The notes below the pieces were generated by a model. That model did no database searches, was not told the DNA's origin, and saw only the letters and a program-made list of their open reading frames with translations. Position numbers and translations under genes: made by a program. Source: a bacterium (GTDB lineage Bacteria; Planctomycetota; UBA11346). Taken from it: DNA of 64,000 nt. The DNA lies in NCBI GenBank assembly GCA_020047915.1, contig JAIFND010000026.1:12893-76892 (forward strand), read 5' to 3'. Below, one piece after another: positions 45,667 to 55,790 of the stretch. Numbering within the stretch: the stretch's first letter is position 1; each line of letters opens with the position of its first letter.

Positions 45667-47433
45667 TTACATCCTCTCAGGGGCGGTGAGACCAAGCAGG
45701 CACAGGCCTTCACCGAGCGCGCCGCGAGCGGCGCGCACCAGGGTCAGACGGGCGGCGGCGACGGCCGGATCATCGCAGATGACTTTGGCCGACGGATCGC
45801 GGTTGCCCGCGGTCAGCCAGCTGGAAACGGCGGCAGCGAGGGCGAGCAGGGCCTGCGCGACGATGCTCGGCTCGTCGGCTTCGACGGCGCGTTCAAGCTG
45901 GCCCTGCAGCCGTGCCAGCGCGAGCAGCACGACCTTCTCGTCATCGCGCGCCAGCAACGCGGGGTCGCCGGACACGCCAGCAGACTTGCGCTCGATCGAG
46001 CACAGCCGGGCGTGCGCGTACTGCAGATAGGGCCCGGTCTCGCCGTCGAAGCGCAGGGCCTCCTCGAACTTGAACTTCACGTCGTTGGTGCGCGCGTTCT
46101 TCAGGTCGTTGAACACTACGGCGCCAACACCGACCGCGCGGGCGATGGCCTCGCGCTCGTCGCCGACCAGATCGGGATTCTTCTCGGCGATGATCGCGCG
46201 CGCGCGGTCGATGCCCTCTTCGAGCACCTCGCGCAGCAGCATGACCTTGCCGGCGCGCGTGCGGCCCTTGGCCCAGCCAGGTTCCAGCCCCTCGCCCGGC
46301 TCGTCGTTCCACACCAGCAGGACGCCAAAGCCGATGTGGCGCAAGCGATCGGCGTAGGGCCTGTTCAGCAGCTTCGCGGCGGCGAACCACTCGTTGAAAT
46401 GCAGCGACTGGCCGAGATCGACGACATACAGCGCGCGGTCGAAGGCGAACTCGCGGAAGCGGTCGTCAGCCGCCGCCAGGTCGCGGGTCGCGTACAGCGT
46501 GCCGCCGTCGGCGCGCTTGAGCAGCATTGGCTTCTTGAACTGCTTTAGCCCATGCGCCGCGAGATCGACCACGGTCGCGCCTTGGTCGATACTGGTCAGG
46601 CCCTTGCCTTCCAGCTCGGCCAGCACCGGCGCCATCTTGTCCTCGTAGTGCGCCTCGCCCTTCCACGAATCGAAGTCCACGCCGAGCAGCGCATAGACCC
46701 GCTTGAACTCGGCCAGGCTGGCGTCCTTGAATATCTGCCACAGGTGGCGCGCCTCGGCGTCGCCGTCCTCCAGCGCCTTCGACCAGCGGCGGGCATCCTC
46801 TTCCAGCGCCGGGTCGCCCTTGGCGGCCTGGCTGGAGCGCACATACAACTCGTTGAGGAAGGTGACGCGGTCGGCGGCGCCCTCAAGCTGGGCGAGGGTC
46901 AGTCCTTCACGCTTCCAGCCGCTGATCAGGCGGCCGAAGGCGGTGCCCCAGTCGCCCAGGAAGTTGATCCGCGTCACCTTCCAGCCGGCAGCGGCGTAGA
47001 TCCGCGCCAGGCTGTTGCCGATCATGGTCGAACGGATGTGGTGGAAGGCGAGGTGCTTGGCGATGTTCGGACTGCTGAAGTCGATCGCCGCGTTGCGCCC
47101 GGACCCGGCGCGCGAGCGCAGCGCGGCGGCCGGATCGGCGGCCAGCGCCGGCAGCAGGGCGGTGGCGACCTGGGCGGGCGGGAAAGTCAGGTTGAGGAAT
47201 GGCCCGGCGGCGACGGCCTGGGCCAATCCCGCGGCATTGATGGCGGCAGCCAACTCGGCGGCCAGCTTGGGCGGCGGCAGCGCCTTGGCCTTGGCCGGCT
47301 GGAAGCACGGCAGGGCAAGGTCGGCGGCGACCCCCTTGGCGGGCGAGCCGAGCAGGCGGGCGAGGTCGGCGGCGGGCAGGCCGGTGTGGTTGGCGATGAG
47401 CGCCAGGACCGGCGCAGTGACGAGATCCAGCAT
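45667..47433 (-). CDS. argS: Arginyl-tRNA synthetase
   Basis: Class I HIGH region IDFSSPNIAKHLAFHHIRSTMIGNSLARI. Internal start MLDLVTAPV within the longer track ORF. About 588 aa. Confidence 0.9.
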   Translation of the reverse strand: MLDLVTAPVLALIANHTGLPAADLARLLGSPAKGVAADLALPCFQPAKAKALPPPKLAAELAAAINAAGLAQAVAAGPFLNLTFPPAQVATALLPALAADPAAALRSRAGSGRNAAIDFSSPNIAKHLAFHHIRSTMIGNSLARIYAAAGWKVTRINFLGDWGTAFGRLISGWKREGLTLAQLEGAADRVTFLNELYVRSSQAAKGDPALEEDARRWSKALEDGDAEARHLWQIFKDASLAEFKRVYALLGVDFDSWKGEAHYEDKMAPVLAELEGKGLTSIDQGATVVDLAAHGLKQFKKPMLLKRADGGTLYATRDLAAADDRFREFAFDRALYVVDLGQSLHFNEWFAAAKLLNRPYADRLRHIGFGVLLVWNDEPGEGLEPGWAKGRTRAGKVMLLREVLEEGIDRARAIIAEKNPDLVGDEREAIARAVGVGAVVFNDLKNARTNDVKFKFEEALRFDGETGPYLQYAHARLCSIERKSAGVSGDPALLARDDEKVVLLALARLQGQLERAVEADEPSIVAQALLALAAAVSSWLTAGNRDPSAKVICDDPAVAAARLTLVRAARGALGEGLCLLGLTAPERM

Positions 47434-47477
47434 GGAGGGGAAGCAGTCTGGACCCCGGCTCAAACCAGCAAGCCGCA

Positions 47478-48689
47478 TCAGCCCTGACGGGCAACCACGC
47501 GGCAGCCGCTGAGCAGATCGTGCGGAGCGCGCATGCCGGCGAGCACGCAGGGCAGGGCCAGGGGCCACAGCAGGACCGCCAGAACCCAGCGCAGCAGGGC
47601 ACGGCCATAGCCCAGAGATCCCGATCCATCGCCACGCACGATCAGCAGTCCATGCCGCCGGTGCGCCCACGGCGCCCCGCGTTCGACAGTCGGCACCACC
47701 AGCAGGAAGAGCAGTCCGGCGGCGGCCAGCATGGCTGCCAGCGCGGCACCGATGATGATGACCGCCGCCGCGACGACCGAGGCGGCGGCGGCGGCCTTGA
47801 CCTGGTCGGCAGCACCCTCCAGCCCCTCGACGGTGAGTACGGCGATCAGCAGATCCCCCAAACTGGCCGCCGGGCCATGACCGAGACGCGGCATTCCACG
47901 ATCGATGCCGGCTCCGGCGGTGAACAGGGCCATGGCGAGGACGGCAATGATGAGCAGCGCTCCGCACACCGCGGGTACCGCTCCGAGCAGTCCATCCAAC
48001 ACCCCGGCCCCCAATCGGCCAGACAGGGTGACTCCGCCGCGATACGGCGATTCGAGGGCACCGCTGGTGGTCGGCTGCAGTTCTGGGGCCAGCAGGTGGC
48101 TGGTGGTGGTCGGCGCACGACGCGGAACCGGCGCCTTGGGTCCGGGCCGCACGGCTTCGAGCGGCGAGGTGATGCTGCCCGGGGCCGAGGCGGGCTGCAG
48201 CGCTGACTGGCGGGCCTGGTCGAACTGCGCCGGCCGGTCCGAACCAGAGGCCACCGCGGCGAGGATGCCCGGATCGATCGCCCGGCTGCTGCTGCCCGGC
48301 CGATCGGCCGAGGTCACCGGATCCAGCATCGCCTCGGTATCCGTCTTCAACGTGGTGCGACGGGTGGTCGGATCCTGGGCCCCCTCGGCGACGCGGGGAT
48401 GCGGCTGGGTCTGGTCGATCGACACCATCAGCACCACCGGGCCGCACACCACGACCTGGCCGTGCACCACCTCGCGCCGGCCGTGGATCCGCGTCCCATC
48501 GACCAGCACCCCGTTGCGCGAGCCGGCATCCTCGACTTCCAGCTGATGCCCCGTGACGGTGAAACGGGCATGGCCGCGACTCAGCCGCGGATCATCGATG
48601 CGCACGCCGCAATCCGAGCCGCGCCCCAGCACGCTGGCGCCCTGGGGCAGAAGCCAGGATCCGAAAGTACCGTGGATGCGCACCGCCAT
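47478..48689 (-). CDS. FHA-domain protein with a C-terminal multi-TM (RDD-like) region
   Basis: The N-terminus GRGSDCGVRIDDPRLSRGHARFTVTGHQLEVEDAGSRNGVLVDGTRI is an FHA domain. Hydrophobic C-terminal half. Confidence 0.6.
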   Translation of the reverse strand: MAVRIHGTFGSWLLPQGASVLGRGSDCGVRIDDPRLSRGHARFTVTGHQLEVEDAGSRNGVLVDGTRIHGRREVVHGQVVVCGPVVLMVSIDQTQPHPRVAEGAQDPTTRRTTLKTDTEAMLDPVTSADRPGSSSRAIDPGILAAVASGSDRPAQFDQARQSALQPASAPGSITSPLEAVRPGPKAPVPRRAPTTTSHLLAPELQPTTSGALESPYRGGVTLSGRLGAGVLDGLLGAVPAVCGALLIIAVLAMALFTAGAGIDRGMPRLGHGPAASLGDLLIAVLTVEGLEGAADQVKAAAAASVVAAAVIIIGAALAAMLAAAGLLFLLVVPTVERGAPWAHRRHGLLIVRGDGSGSLGYGRALLRWVLAVLLWPLALPCVLAGMRAPHDLLSGCRVVARQG

Positions 48690-48735
48690 GGGTCCGGAAG
48701 GATCGCCATCCCGGACAGGCCGGCAAGGAGCAGAC

Positions 48736-49014
48736 TTAGGGCGCCAGCGTGCTGGCGACCTCCGACAAGGTGGCGCCGGTCAACAGCACGCTCTTGAGCG
48801 GATTGCCATGCCCGGCGACCACGGTCGCACGGTGGCCGGTCAGCGAGCCGAGCAGTTCCTCGACCGCCTGGTTGGCCTTGCCGCCCTCGGGCGGGGCGGC
48901 GATCCGCACCTTGAGCCGGTCGCCGAGCAGCCCGGTCACAGCGGACCGGCTCGCGCCCGGCACCACCTTCAGGCGCACCTCGACGCCACCGGCCACCTCG
49001 CGCAGCCAGCTCAT
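48736..49014 (-). CDS. DUF167/YggU family protein
   Basis: VEVRLKVVPGASRSAVTG...LKVRIAAPPEGGKANQAVEELL. Confidence 0.6.
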   Translation of the reverse strand: MSWLREVAGGVEVRLKVVPGASRSAVTGLLGDRLKVRIAAPPEGGKANQAVEELLGSLTGHRATVVAGHGNPLKSVLLTGATLSEVASTLAP

Positions 49015-50675
49015 CCGCCGCCCAGGGCGCGCTTGAACGACCGGGTCTGGCTGGCGACGGGCAGGAAGACCACGACCTCGGTACCGACCCCAGGTTCGCT
49101 GTCGATGCGTAGCACGCCTTCATGTTCCTTGATGATCCGGCCGACCACCGACAGGCCCAGTCCGGTGCCCTGCGGCTTGGTTGACCAGAACGGGGTGAAC
49201 ATGCGTTCCTGCTGCTCGCGCGGGATGCCGACCCCGGTGTCGATCACCGACAGCCGGACCGCCGCGACCTCAAGCGGATTGTCCTCGCCGGCGAGATGCG
49301 CGCGCAGGCCCAGACGCGGCTGCGGCCGGCCATGCATCGCCTCGATGCCGTTGACCATCAGGTTGATCAGCACCTGGCGTAGCTGATCGCTATCGGCCAG
49401 GATGCACGGCAGATCCTTGGCGAGATCCAATGTGATGCCGCAGTCCGGTGGCAGCGCCGGATGCGCCCCGGCCAGGGTACGCACCGAGGCAAGCAGCGGT
49501 TCCAGTTCGATCTCGCCCTTCACCGGCGGGCGCATCCGCGACAGTTCGAGGAAATCCCCGACGATGCGCCCCAGCCGATCGGACTCGGCGACGATCATCT
49601 CGGCCAGGCGGGCGTCATCGGAGCGACCATGGCGGACGGCATCCTCGGCCAGCTCCTGGGCGCATCCACGCAGGCTGGTCAGCGGATTGCGCACCTCATG
49701 CGCGATGCCCGCCGCCATCTCGCCCAGCGCCGCGAGCGCCTCGGCCCGCCGGGCGCTGTCCTCGAGCAGACGCAGGCGCGTCTCATCGGCCAGGATCATG
49801 GTCCGACCGATGGGCTGGGAGTGGCGGTTGCGCAGTTCGGTGACACGGATGACCAGCTGACGACCATCTGGCGCCGTCCAACGTTGCAGCAGCGGCAGAC
49901 GTTCGGCAGCGACCAGGATGCGCACCGCCTGCAACTGGGGGCCGGGCAGGGCGCGCTCGGCCGGGGTCCCGGTCAGCGGTGGAGTCGGCAGGTGCAGCAG
50001 CCTGGTCGCCTCGGCATTGGCGTAGGCGACCTGGCCATGCCGGTCGAAGGCGATCACCCCTTCACCGAGCTGGTCCAGCACCTCCCCGGCGAAGACCCGG
50101 CTTTCAAGCAGGCGACGGGAAAGCTGACCACCCAGCACATCGACCAGGAACAACGCCGCGATCTGCACCGCCAGGTTGCCCAGGACCCGCCCGGGGGCGA
50201 AGAGGTCGGGCATCGCGACTTGCGCAGCGTCGAAGGGGGCGCGATCGCTGAGATAGAACGCGGCGACCACGCTCAGCACCATACCGCACAGCGACGGCAT
50301 CAGGAAGCGCATGTAGCCGGGCAGGACAAGATTGCCGATCAGCACCACGGCGAACAGCAGGACCACACCTGGTGATCCGACCCCACCGGTCCAATGCAGC
50401 AGCAGGCCGATCCATACCACATCGAACACCAGATGGAGGGCGAGCTGCCAACGTGCCTTGACCCAGCTGACGCTGACCGCGAGGGTGGCGGCGGCAACGC
50501 ACACCAGCACCAGCAGCAGTCGGGCCTCCTCCAGCGCGCCCACCGCACGCTGGCCTGCCCCGGCCGCGAACAGGGTCACCGTGCCCAGGCCGAGCGCGAG
50601 CAGCAGCAGGCGCAACAACGACAGCAATCGCGCCTGGGCGGCTACCTGGGGCGGGACGGATTCCAACATGCCCAA
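49011..50675 (-). CDS. Membrane sensor histidine kinase
   Basis: An N-terminal TM region. HisKA with H-box IAHEVRNPLTSL. HATPase_c with GTGLGLSVV. Confidence 0.8.
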   Translation of the reverse strand: MGMLESVPPQVAAQARLLSLLRLLLLALGLGTVTLFAAGAGQRAVGALEEARLLLVLVCVAAATLAVSVSWVKARWQLALHLVFDVVWIGLLLHWTGGVGSPGVVLLFAVVLIGNLVLPGYMRFLMPSLCGMVLSVVAAFYLSDRAPFDAAQVAMPDLFAPGRVLGNLAVQIAALFLVDVLGGQLSRRLLESRVFAGEVLDQLGEGVIAFDRHGQVAYANAEATRLLHLPTPPLTGTPAERALPGPQLQAVRILVAAERLPLLQRWTAPDGRQLVIRVTELRNRHSQPIGRTMILADETRLRLLEDSARRAEALAALGEMAAGIAHEVRNPLTSLRGCAQELAEDAVRHGRSDDARLAEMIVAESDRLGRIVGDFLELSRMRPPVKGEIELEPLLASVRTLAGAHPALPPDCGITLDLAKDLPCILADSDQLRQVLINLMVNGIEAMHGRPQPRLGLRAHLAGEDNPLEVAAVRLSVIDTGVGIPREQQERMFTPFWSTKPQGTGLGLSVVGRIIKEHEGVLRIDSEPGVGTEVVVFLPVASQTRSFKRALGGG

Positions 50676-50744
50676 CAGGCTGGGGGCCGGGGGGTCAGGT
50701 GAAATGCCAAATGTGTGAATGCTGGAATATGCGTCATTCCAGCA

Positions 50745-52493
50745 TTAGGCCATGCACTCGCCGGCGCCCAGCTCGTCGAGGCTGAACAGCTTGTCGGCAC
50801 CGAGGTCGCGCAGATCGGCTTCGGCAAGCTGATCGGGCTTGATCGCGCAGATCGGCTCGATGCGCGCCTTCAGGGCTTCGCGCGACTTGCGCGCCGCATC
50901 CTTGTCGAGCCCGGCCCCGGCCTGGACACGCAGCCAGGCGGCGAAGGTCTGGGTCGAAGCGCTGCGCTCGGCCAGGTACCAGCCGCCCAGGGCCGAGACC
51001 ACCTCGGCGACCTTGCGCGCCGGGACGCGGCAGATGAGCGAGGCGAAGTGGACCTTCTCGCCCTCGTCGCCACCGCCGACCATCAGGGCGTAGTGCGGCA
51101 CCAGCTTGTCGCCGATCTTCGACGCGGCGCCGTGCAGGCCGATCGTGCCGATATGGTGCTGTCCGCATGAGTTCGGGCAGCCGCTGATGTTGATCCGGCC
51201 GCCGACGTTGGCGGGATCCAAGCCACGCTCGGCAAGCCGGGTCTCCAGCTCCTTGGCGAGGTTCTTGGACAGGGTGATGCCGAGCTGGCAGGTGCTGGCT
51301 CCCGGGCAGCTGACCACGTCGGTCAGGCCGTGTGCCGAGCGGGTCAGGCCCAATTCACCGAGTCCGCCGAACAGCGCCGAAAGATGGGCGTGGGCGACGC
51401 GCCGGAAGACCAGGTTCTGATCGTTGGTCGAACGGACGTCACCTTCGCTGAAGCGCTCGGCCAGCACCGCCAGGGCGCGCATCATCGGGGCCGGAATGTC
51501 GCCACGCGGCACGCACACACTGACCACGGCGAGGCCGGCCTCGCGGTGCGGGCGGACATTGAGGCGGCGCCAGGCGCCCTCGGCGCCGGTCGCCTCGGGA
51601 ATCGGGGTGGGATTGGCGGCAGGCAGGGCGTCGGGCAGGACGCGACCGGTCACGCCGTCGGCGCGCGCATTGGCCAGCTCCTCGGCGACCAGGGCGCGGA
51701 AGCCGTCCTCGCCCTTGGCCTTCAGGACGAACTTGAGGCGCGCCTTGGCGCGGTTCTGGCGGTCGCCGTGCTTGTGGTGGACACGCACCACCGCGTCGCA
51801 CAGCGGCACCAGGTCCTCCTTGGCACAGCACGCGGCGATCAGGCACGGAGCGACCGGCATCGAGCCGAGACCGGCGCCCGCGACGACGCGGAAGCCCTGC
51901 TTGCCGTCCTTGACGATGGCGGTGATGCCGACGTCCTGGATGTTGACCTGCTGCAGCGGATCGGCGTCGGATCCCGACAGCGCGATCTTGAATTTGCGCG
52001 GCAGGTTCGAGCTGCGCGGCCCACGCAGGAAGTGCTGGAACACCGCCTCGGCGTAGGGCTCGATGGCGAAGGGTTCGTCAGAGCGGGTGCCGGCGTTGGG
52101 GCTGCCGCACACTGCGCGCACCGCGTTGCCGCACGCCTCGCGCGCCGTCAGACCAACCTCTTCCAACCGACGCAGTACCTCGGGGGTGTCATCGAGCTTG
52201 ACGTAGTGGTACTGGATCGCCTGCCGCGTGGTGATGTGGCTGATGCCGTTCGAGTAGCGCTCGCTGAGGTCGGCGAGGGTGCGCATCTGGTGCGGCGTGA
52301 CCTTGCCGTACTTCAGCTTCAGTCGCACCATCTGGTTCTCGCCCCCCTGCCGCTGGCCATAGACGCCATGCACCAGGCGGAAGGGCTTGAATTCCTTGTC
52401 CGGATCGATGGCCCCGGCATGCAGCGCCTGCACGGTAGAGCTGTACTTCTGCAGTTCGGCTTCGACGGCGGCGGACAGGGCGTTTGTAGTCAT
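50745..52493 (-). CDS. Nitrite/sulfite reductase hemoprotein (siroheme / 4Fe-4S), ferredoxin-dependent type
   Basis: The Cys cluster SGCPNSCGQHH, together with the general nitrite/sulfite reductase arrangement. Confidence 0.8.
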   Translation of the reverse strand: MTTNALSAAVEAELQKYSSTVQALHAGAIDPDKEFKPFRLVHGVYGQRQGGENQMVRLKLKYGKVTPHQMRTLADLSERYSNGISHITTRQAIQYHYVKLDDTPEVLRRLEEVGLTAREACGNAVRAVCGSPNAGTRSDEPFAIEPYAEAVFQHFLRGPRSSNLPRKFKIALSGSDADPLQQVNIQDVGITAIVKDGKQGFRVVAGAGLGSMPVAPCLIAACCAKEDLVPLCDAVVRVHHKHGDRQNRAKARLKFVLKAKGEDGFRALVAEELANARADGVTGRVLPDALPAANPTPIPEATGAEGAWRRLNVRPHREAGLAVVSVCVPRGDIPAPMMRALAVLAERFSEGDVRSTNDQNLVFRRVAHAHLSALFGGLGELGLTRSAHGLTDVVSCPGASTCQLGITLSKNLAKELETRLAERGLDPANVGGRINISGCPNSCGQHHIGTIGLHGAASKIGDKLVPHYALMVGGGDEGEKVHFASLICRVPARKVAEVVSALGGWYLAERSASTQTFAAWLRVQAGAGLDKDAARKSREALKARIEPICAIKPDQLAEADLRDLGADKLFSLDELGAGECMA

Positions 52494-52609
52494 GGGGCGT
52501 TTTTATGCGCCCATCCGCCCGTCCAGCAATGCAAAGCCGATCCAACCGCCATGCACCCGCAGCATAGACACCCCGTGCCGGGTGCGGCTGCGGGTCCGGG
52601 GTCCAGGGC

Positions 52610-52772
52610 CAATGGCGTTGCGTTAAGGGCACTGACCTTGGAAAGGCGGAAGTCGGAAGGCGGAAGGCGGAAGAAATGCGGATTGGACTGCCGGCCCCCC
52701 ATCAACTCGATTCAGCAACTCTTCCGCCTTCCGCCTTGCGTCCCCAAGAGTCCTTAACGCAACGCCATTGGG
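52610..52772. mobile_element. MITE-like element with perfect 20-bp terminal inverted repeats CCAATGGCGTTGCGTTAAGG. Internal (GGCGGAA)n and (TTCCGCC)n arms. Flanked by a direct repeat GTCCAGGGC that looks like a target-site duplication.
   Basis: Left TIR at 52610-52629 and right TIR at 52753-52772, exact reverse complements. GGTCCAGGGC occurs immediately outside both ends. It is inserted at the start of a REP-like unit. Confidence 0.65.
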
Positions 52773-53097
52773 TCCAGGGCACCGCCCTGGCCGCAGCCGC
52801 AGGCGAGGATCGCGCGCCGAGGGGTGGTGGCGGCATACAATCGGCGAAGCCGATGCCGCCACGGTTTCGGAGCGCAGCGACGAAACCGAACCCCGACAAA
52901 GCGCGGGGGGCAGGGCCGCAGGGCCGCGGCGCTAGCCCCCGAGCAAATGCGTCAGCGAGGATCGGCCGCCGAGCGGCGGTGGACGGATACAATGGGCGTA
53001 GCCCATCCGTCCACAGTTTCGGCGCGAAGCGACGAAACTGAGCTGCGACAAAGGCCGCGGGGGCAGGGCCGCAGGCCCGTGGGGGCGCTAGCCCCCA
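52771..53097. repeat. Two tandem copies of an about 165-175 bp structured palindromic repeat (REP-like). Each unit contains CCAGGGC-N3-GCCCTGG, GTGGCGGCAT-N16-ATGCCGCCAC and GTTTCG-N11-CGAAAC hairpins.
   Basis: Units at about 52771-52940 and 52958-53097. Two more copies lie at 55424-55790. Confidence 0.7.
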
Positions 53098-53100
53098 AGC

Positions 53101-53847
53101 TTAAAACAGCTTTTGCTGCGGGTCGGTGGAATGCCGTTCCAGTTTTTCGGTCGGCGGCGACTGCGGCAGCGGCATGGTCGCCTGCTGCTGATTGGGCATG
53201 GTCGCCTCGCTGGCCGGCGAGCCGGACTCGGAGAGGACTGCGTCGATGCGCTTGAGGATATCGTCGAGTTCCTGGGTCTGGGTGCGCGGAGCACCGGCGG
53301 CAGGATCCGTGGCCGTGGCAGGACGGGCTTCAGCCGGCTTGGGGGGCGGGGGCGGCGGCTCGGCGGCGGCCTTGGTGCCGACATGGAAACCGTACTGCTC
53401 GATCCGGCCGGCCTTCTCGACATCATCCTTGGGCGTGGTCTTGGGCGGTGGCGGGGGCAGCGGGGCGACCACGGCGGCGTCGGCCTTCACCTTGGCGGCG
53501 GACAAACCCGAAAACAGGTCGGCAGCAGCGGCGTCATCGGCATTGCCGCGTTCAGCCTGCAGCTTGACGGTCGGCGAGGAACCGCGGCGTTGGTGCTCTG
53601 GCGAACCACTCGGGACGCTGGCACCGCTGGGCGCACGCGTCGGGGCGGCGGTGCCAGGCTGGACCGGCTTGGCCACCGGGGGCGGACCCGTCGGGGTACG
53701 CCGCGTGGTGATCTGCTGCACCGGACGGCCGGTCGGCGCCGGCTGCGCGGCAACCGGCGGACGCACGAAGAGGGCCCACAGGATGTAGCCGGTGCCACCG
53801 AGGGCACCGAGGATCCACAGCCAGAGCAGGTCGCGAATGATCTCCAT
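53101..53847 (-). CDS. Pro/Ala-rich membrane-anchored hypothetical protein
   Basis: N-terminal TM segment LLWLWILGALGGTGYILWALF. Low-complexity remainder. Confidence 0.4.
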   Translation of the reverse strand: MEIIRDLLWLWILGALGGTGYILWALFVRPPVAAQPAPTGRPVQQITTRRTPTGPPPVAKPVQPGTAAPTRAPSGASVPSGSPEHQRRGSSPTVKLQAERGNADDAAAADLFSGLSAAKVKADAAVVAPLPPPPPKTTPKDDVEKAGRIEQYGFHVGTKAAAEPPPPPPKPAEARPATATDPAAGAPRTQTQELDDILKRIDAVLSESGSPASEATMPNQQQATMPLPQSPPTEKLERHSTDPQQKLF

Positions 53848-53862
53848 GGAGGGCTCCCCTGC

Positions 53863-55257
53863 TCAGCAGGTGCGGCGCGGCTTGGCGCGGTGGTCTTTGA
53901 TGCGCTTGGCCAGGTCCTCGAAGCCGGGACGGCCGCACTGCGCGAAAATCGCCTGCTTGCCCTGCTCGACGCCGGGCTGGTCGAAGGGATCGATGCCGTA
54001 CAGCTCGGCACTCATCGCCGTGCTGAGCTCAAGCAGATAGATCAGCCCGCCGACATGCGCTGCGTCGATGGCGTCGAGGGTGATCGTCATGTTCGGCCGC
54101 CCCGCCGCGGTCAGGTGCTGCTCGCAGCCGATATAGGCCTTGTCGAGCAGTCCCGAGAACTCGGCGTCCTTGAGCCAGGCCAACGCCTCAAGCTTGGGGT
54201 ACAGTTGCGGAGCCACCGCCTTGGCGCCCTGGTCCTTGGCGACCACGAAGGTGACGACCTTGTCGAAAGGGCCTTCGGCGAAGAGCTGCTGCTGGCCGTG
54301 CAGGTCGAAAGAGCCGAGCCCCGCCACCGGGCTGGGACCGACGTGGACGGCCTTGCCCTTGCGGTTCAGCATCTTGCCCAGGCTGACCGAGCAGAGGTGG
54401 TTGTACCACAGTCCGACCGCGTGCAGCCGGTTGCTGAACGAGAACATCACGTGCATCGTCTTGCGACGCTTGCGCGTCAGCAGGTAGTGCACCAGCGAAT
54501 GCATGTACGCCGGGTTCTTGTACGGGTCGCCGTGGCGGCAGCGCTTGTCCATCTCGCCGGCGCCGGCGAGCAGACCGTCGATGTCGAGGCCGGCGAGGCC
54601 GGCGGCGAACAGTCCGGCCGAGCCGAGGATGGCGTAACGTCCAGACAGGTTGGCGGGATTGTGCAGGACGTCGATCTTCTCGAGCTTGGCGATCTCGGCG
54701 AGCGGCCCCTTCTCGCGGTCGGTGACGATCACGATCTGCGCGGTGGGGGCGGCTTTGCCGACCTTCTTGCGCAACTGCTCGATGATCCACATCAGCAGGG
54801 CGTCGGTCTCGGCGGTCAGTCCGCCGCGCGATACGATCTGGAACAACGTCTTCTTGAGGTCGAGGGCTTCGAGCATCTGCCCGGCGAGCACCGGGTCGGC
54901 GTTGTCGAGGATATGGATGCGCGGGGCGTTCTTGCGCGCCTTGGGCTCGACCAGGTTGTGCGCGGCATGGCCGAGGGCGCCGAGCAGGGTGCGCGCCGCC
55001 AGGGCGCTTCCGCCCATCGCCACGACCACCAGGTCGCTCCATTTGCCGCTGTGCTTCTTCAGTGCCGTCTTCAGTTCCGCCTGGTCCTGATAGGGCAGTT
55101 CGAAGAACCCGCTTTCACCGTTCGAGCGCATCTCCTCGATGCTTTCGTGGTGCTTGGGGAACTTGGCGACCAGCGTCTCGACCTCGGACTTGGTAAGTCC
55201 ATGCGTGGCGCCGATGGCCTCGGACAGGCAATTGGTGAAGTCCAGGGAGAGGGTCAT
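53863..55257 (-). CDS. pgi: Glucose-6-phosphate isomerase
   Basis: Typical PGI blocks: VVVAMGGSALAARTL, and the C-terminal GIDPFDQPGVEQGK. Confidence 0.85.
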   Translation of the reverse strand: MTLSLDFTNCLSEAIGATHGLTKSEVETLVAKFPKHHESIEEMRSNGESGFFELPYQDQAELKTALKKHSGKWSDLVVVAMGGSALAARTLLGALGHAAHNLVEPKARKNAPRIHILDNADPVLAGQMLEALDLKKTLFQIVSRGGLTAETDALLMWIIEQLRKKVGKAAPTAQIVIVTDREKGPLAEIAKLEKIDVLHNPANLSGRYAILGSAGLFAAGLAGLDIDGLLAGAGEMDKRCRHGDPYKNPAYMHSLVHYLLTRKRRKTMHVMFSFSNRLHAVGLWYNHLCSVSLGKMLNRKGKAVHVGPSPVAGLGSFDLHGQQQLFAEGPFDKVVTFVVAKDQGAKAVAPQLYPKLEALAWLKDAEFSGLLDKAYIGCEQHLTAAGRPNMTITLDAIDAAHVGGLIYLLELSTAMSAELYGIDPFDQPGVEQGKQAIFAQCGRPGFEDLAKRIKDHRAKPRRTC

Positions 55258-55423
55258 GCGCGTTCCTGGGGTGCCAGGGCGGAATGCCCCGACCATGGTC
55301 GATGGAGAACCTTACGGCCCAGGCAAGCGGTTTTCAAGGGCATCTGCCCCTTGAGACGGCCGGAAACGTATTATCAACCTAAGTTTATACCCTTCTCCCC
55401 TCCCCCCTGAACTGCGAAGCCGG

Positions 55424-55790
55424 GGTCCAGGGCCCACCCTGGCCGCAGCCGTAGGCGAGGATCGGCCGCCGAGCGGCGGTGGCGGCATACAATCGGCGTA
55501 GCCGATGCCGCCACGGTTTCGGAGCGATAGCGACGAAACCGAGCTGCGACAAAGGCCGGGGGACAGGCCCGCAGGGCCGTAGGGGCGCAAGCCCCTAAAC
55601 AGCCAGGGTCCAGGCCCCCCCTGGCCGCAGCCGTAGGCGAGGATCGCCCGCCGAGCAACGGTGGCGGCATACAATCGGCGCCAGCCGATGCCGCCACGGT
55701 TTCGGAGCGATAGCGACGAAACCGAGTTGCGACAAAGGGCGGGGGACAGGCCCGCAGGGCCGTAGGGGCGCAAGCCCCTAAACAGAAAGG
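55424..55790. repeat. Two more tandem copies of the about 175-bp REP-like structured repeat
   Basis: Units at about 55424-55607 and 55606-55790, more than 85% identical to the 52.8-53.1 kb copies. Confidence 0.7.
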
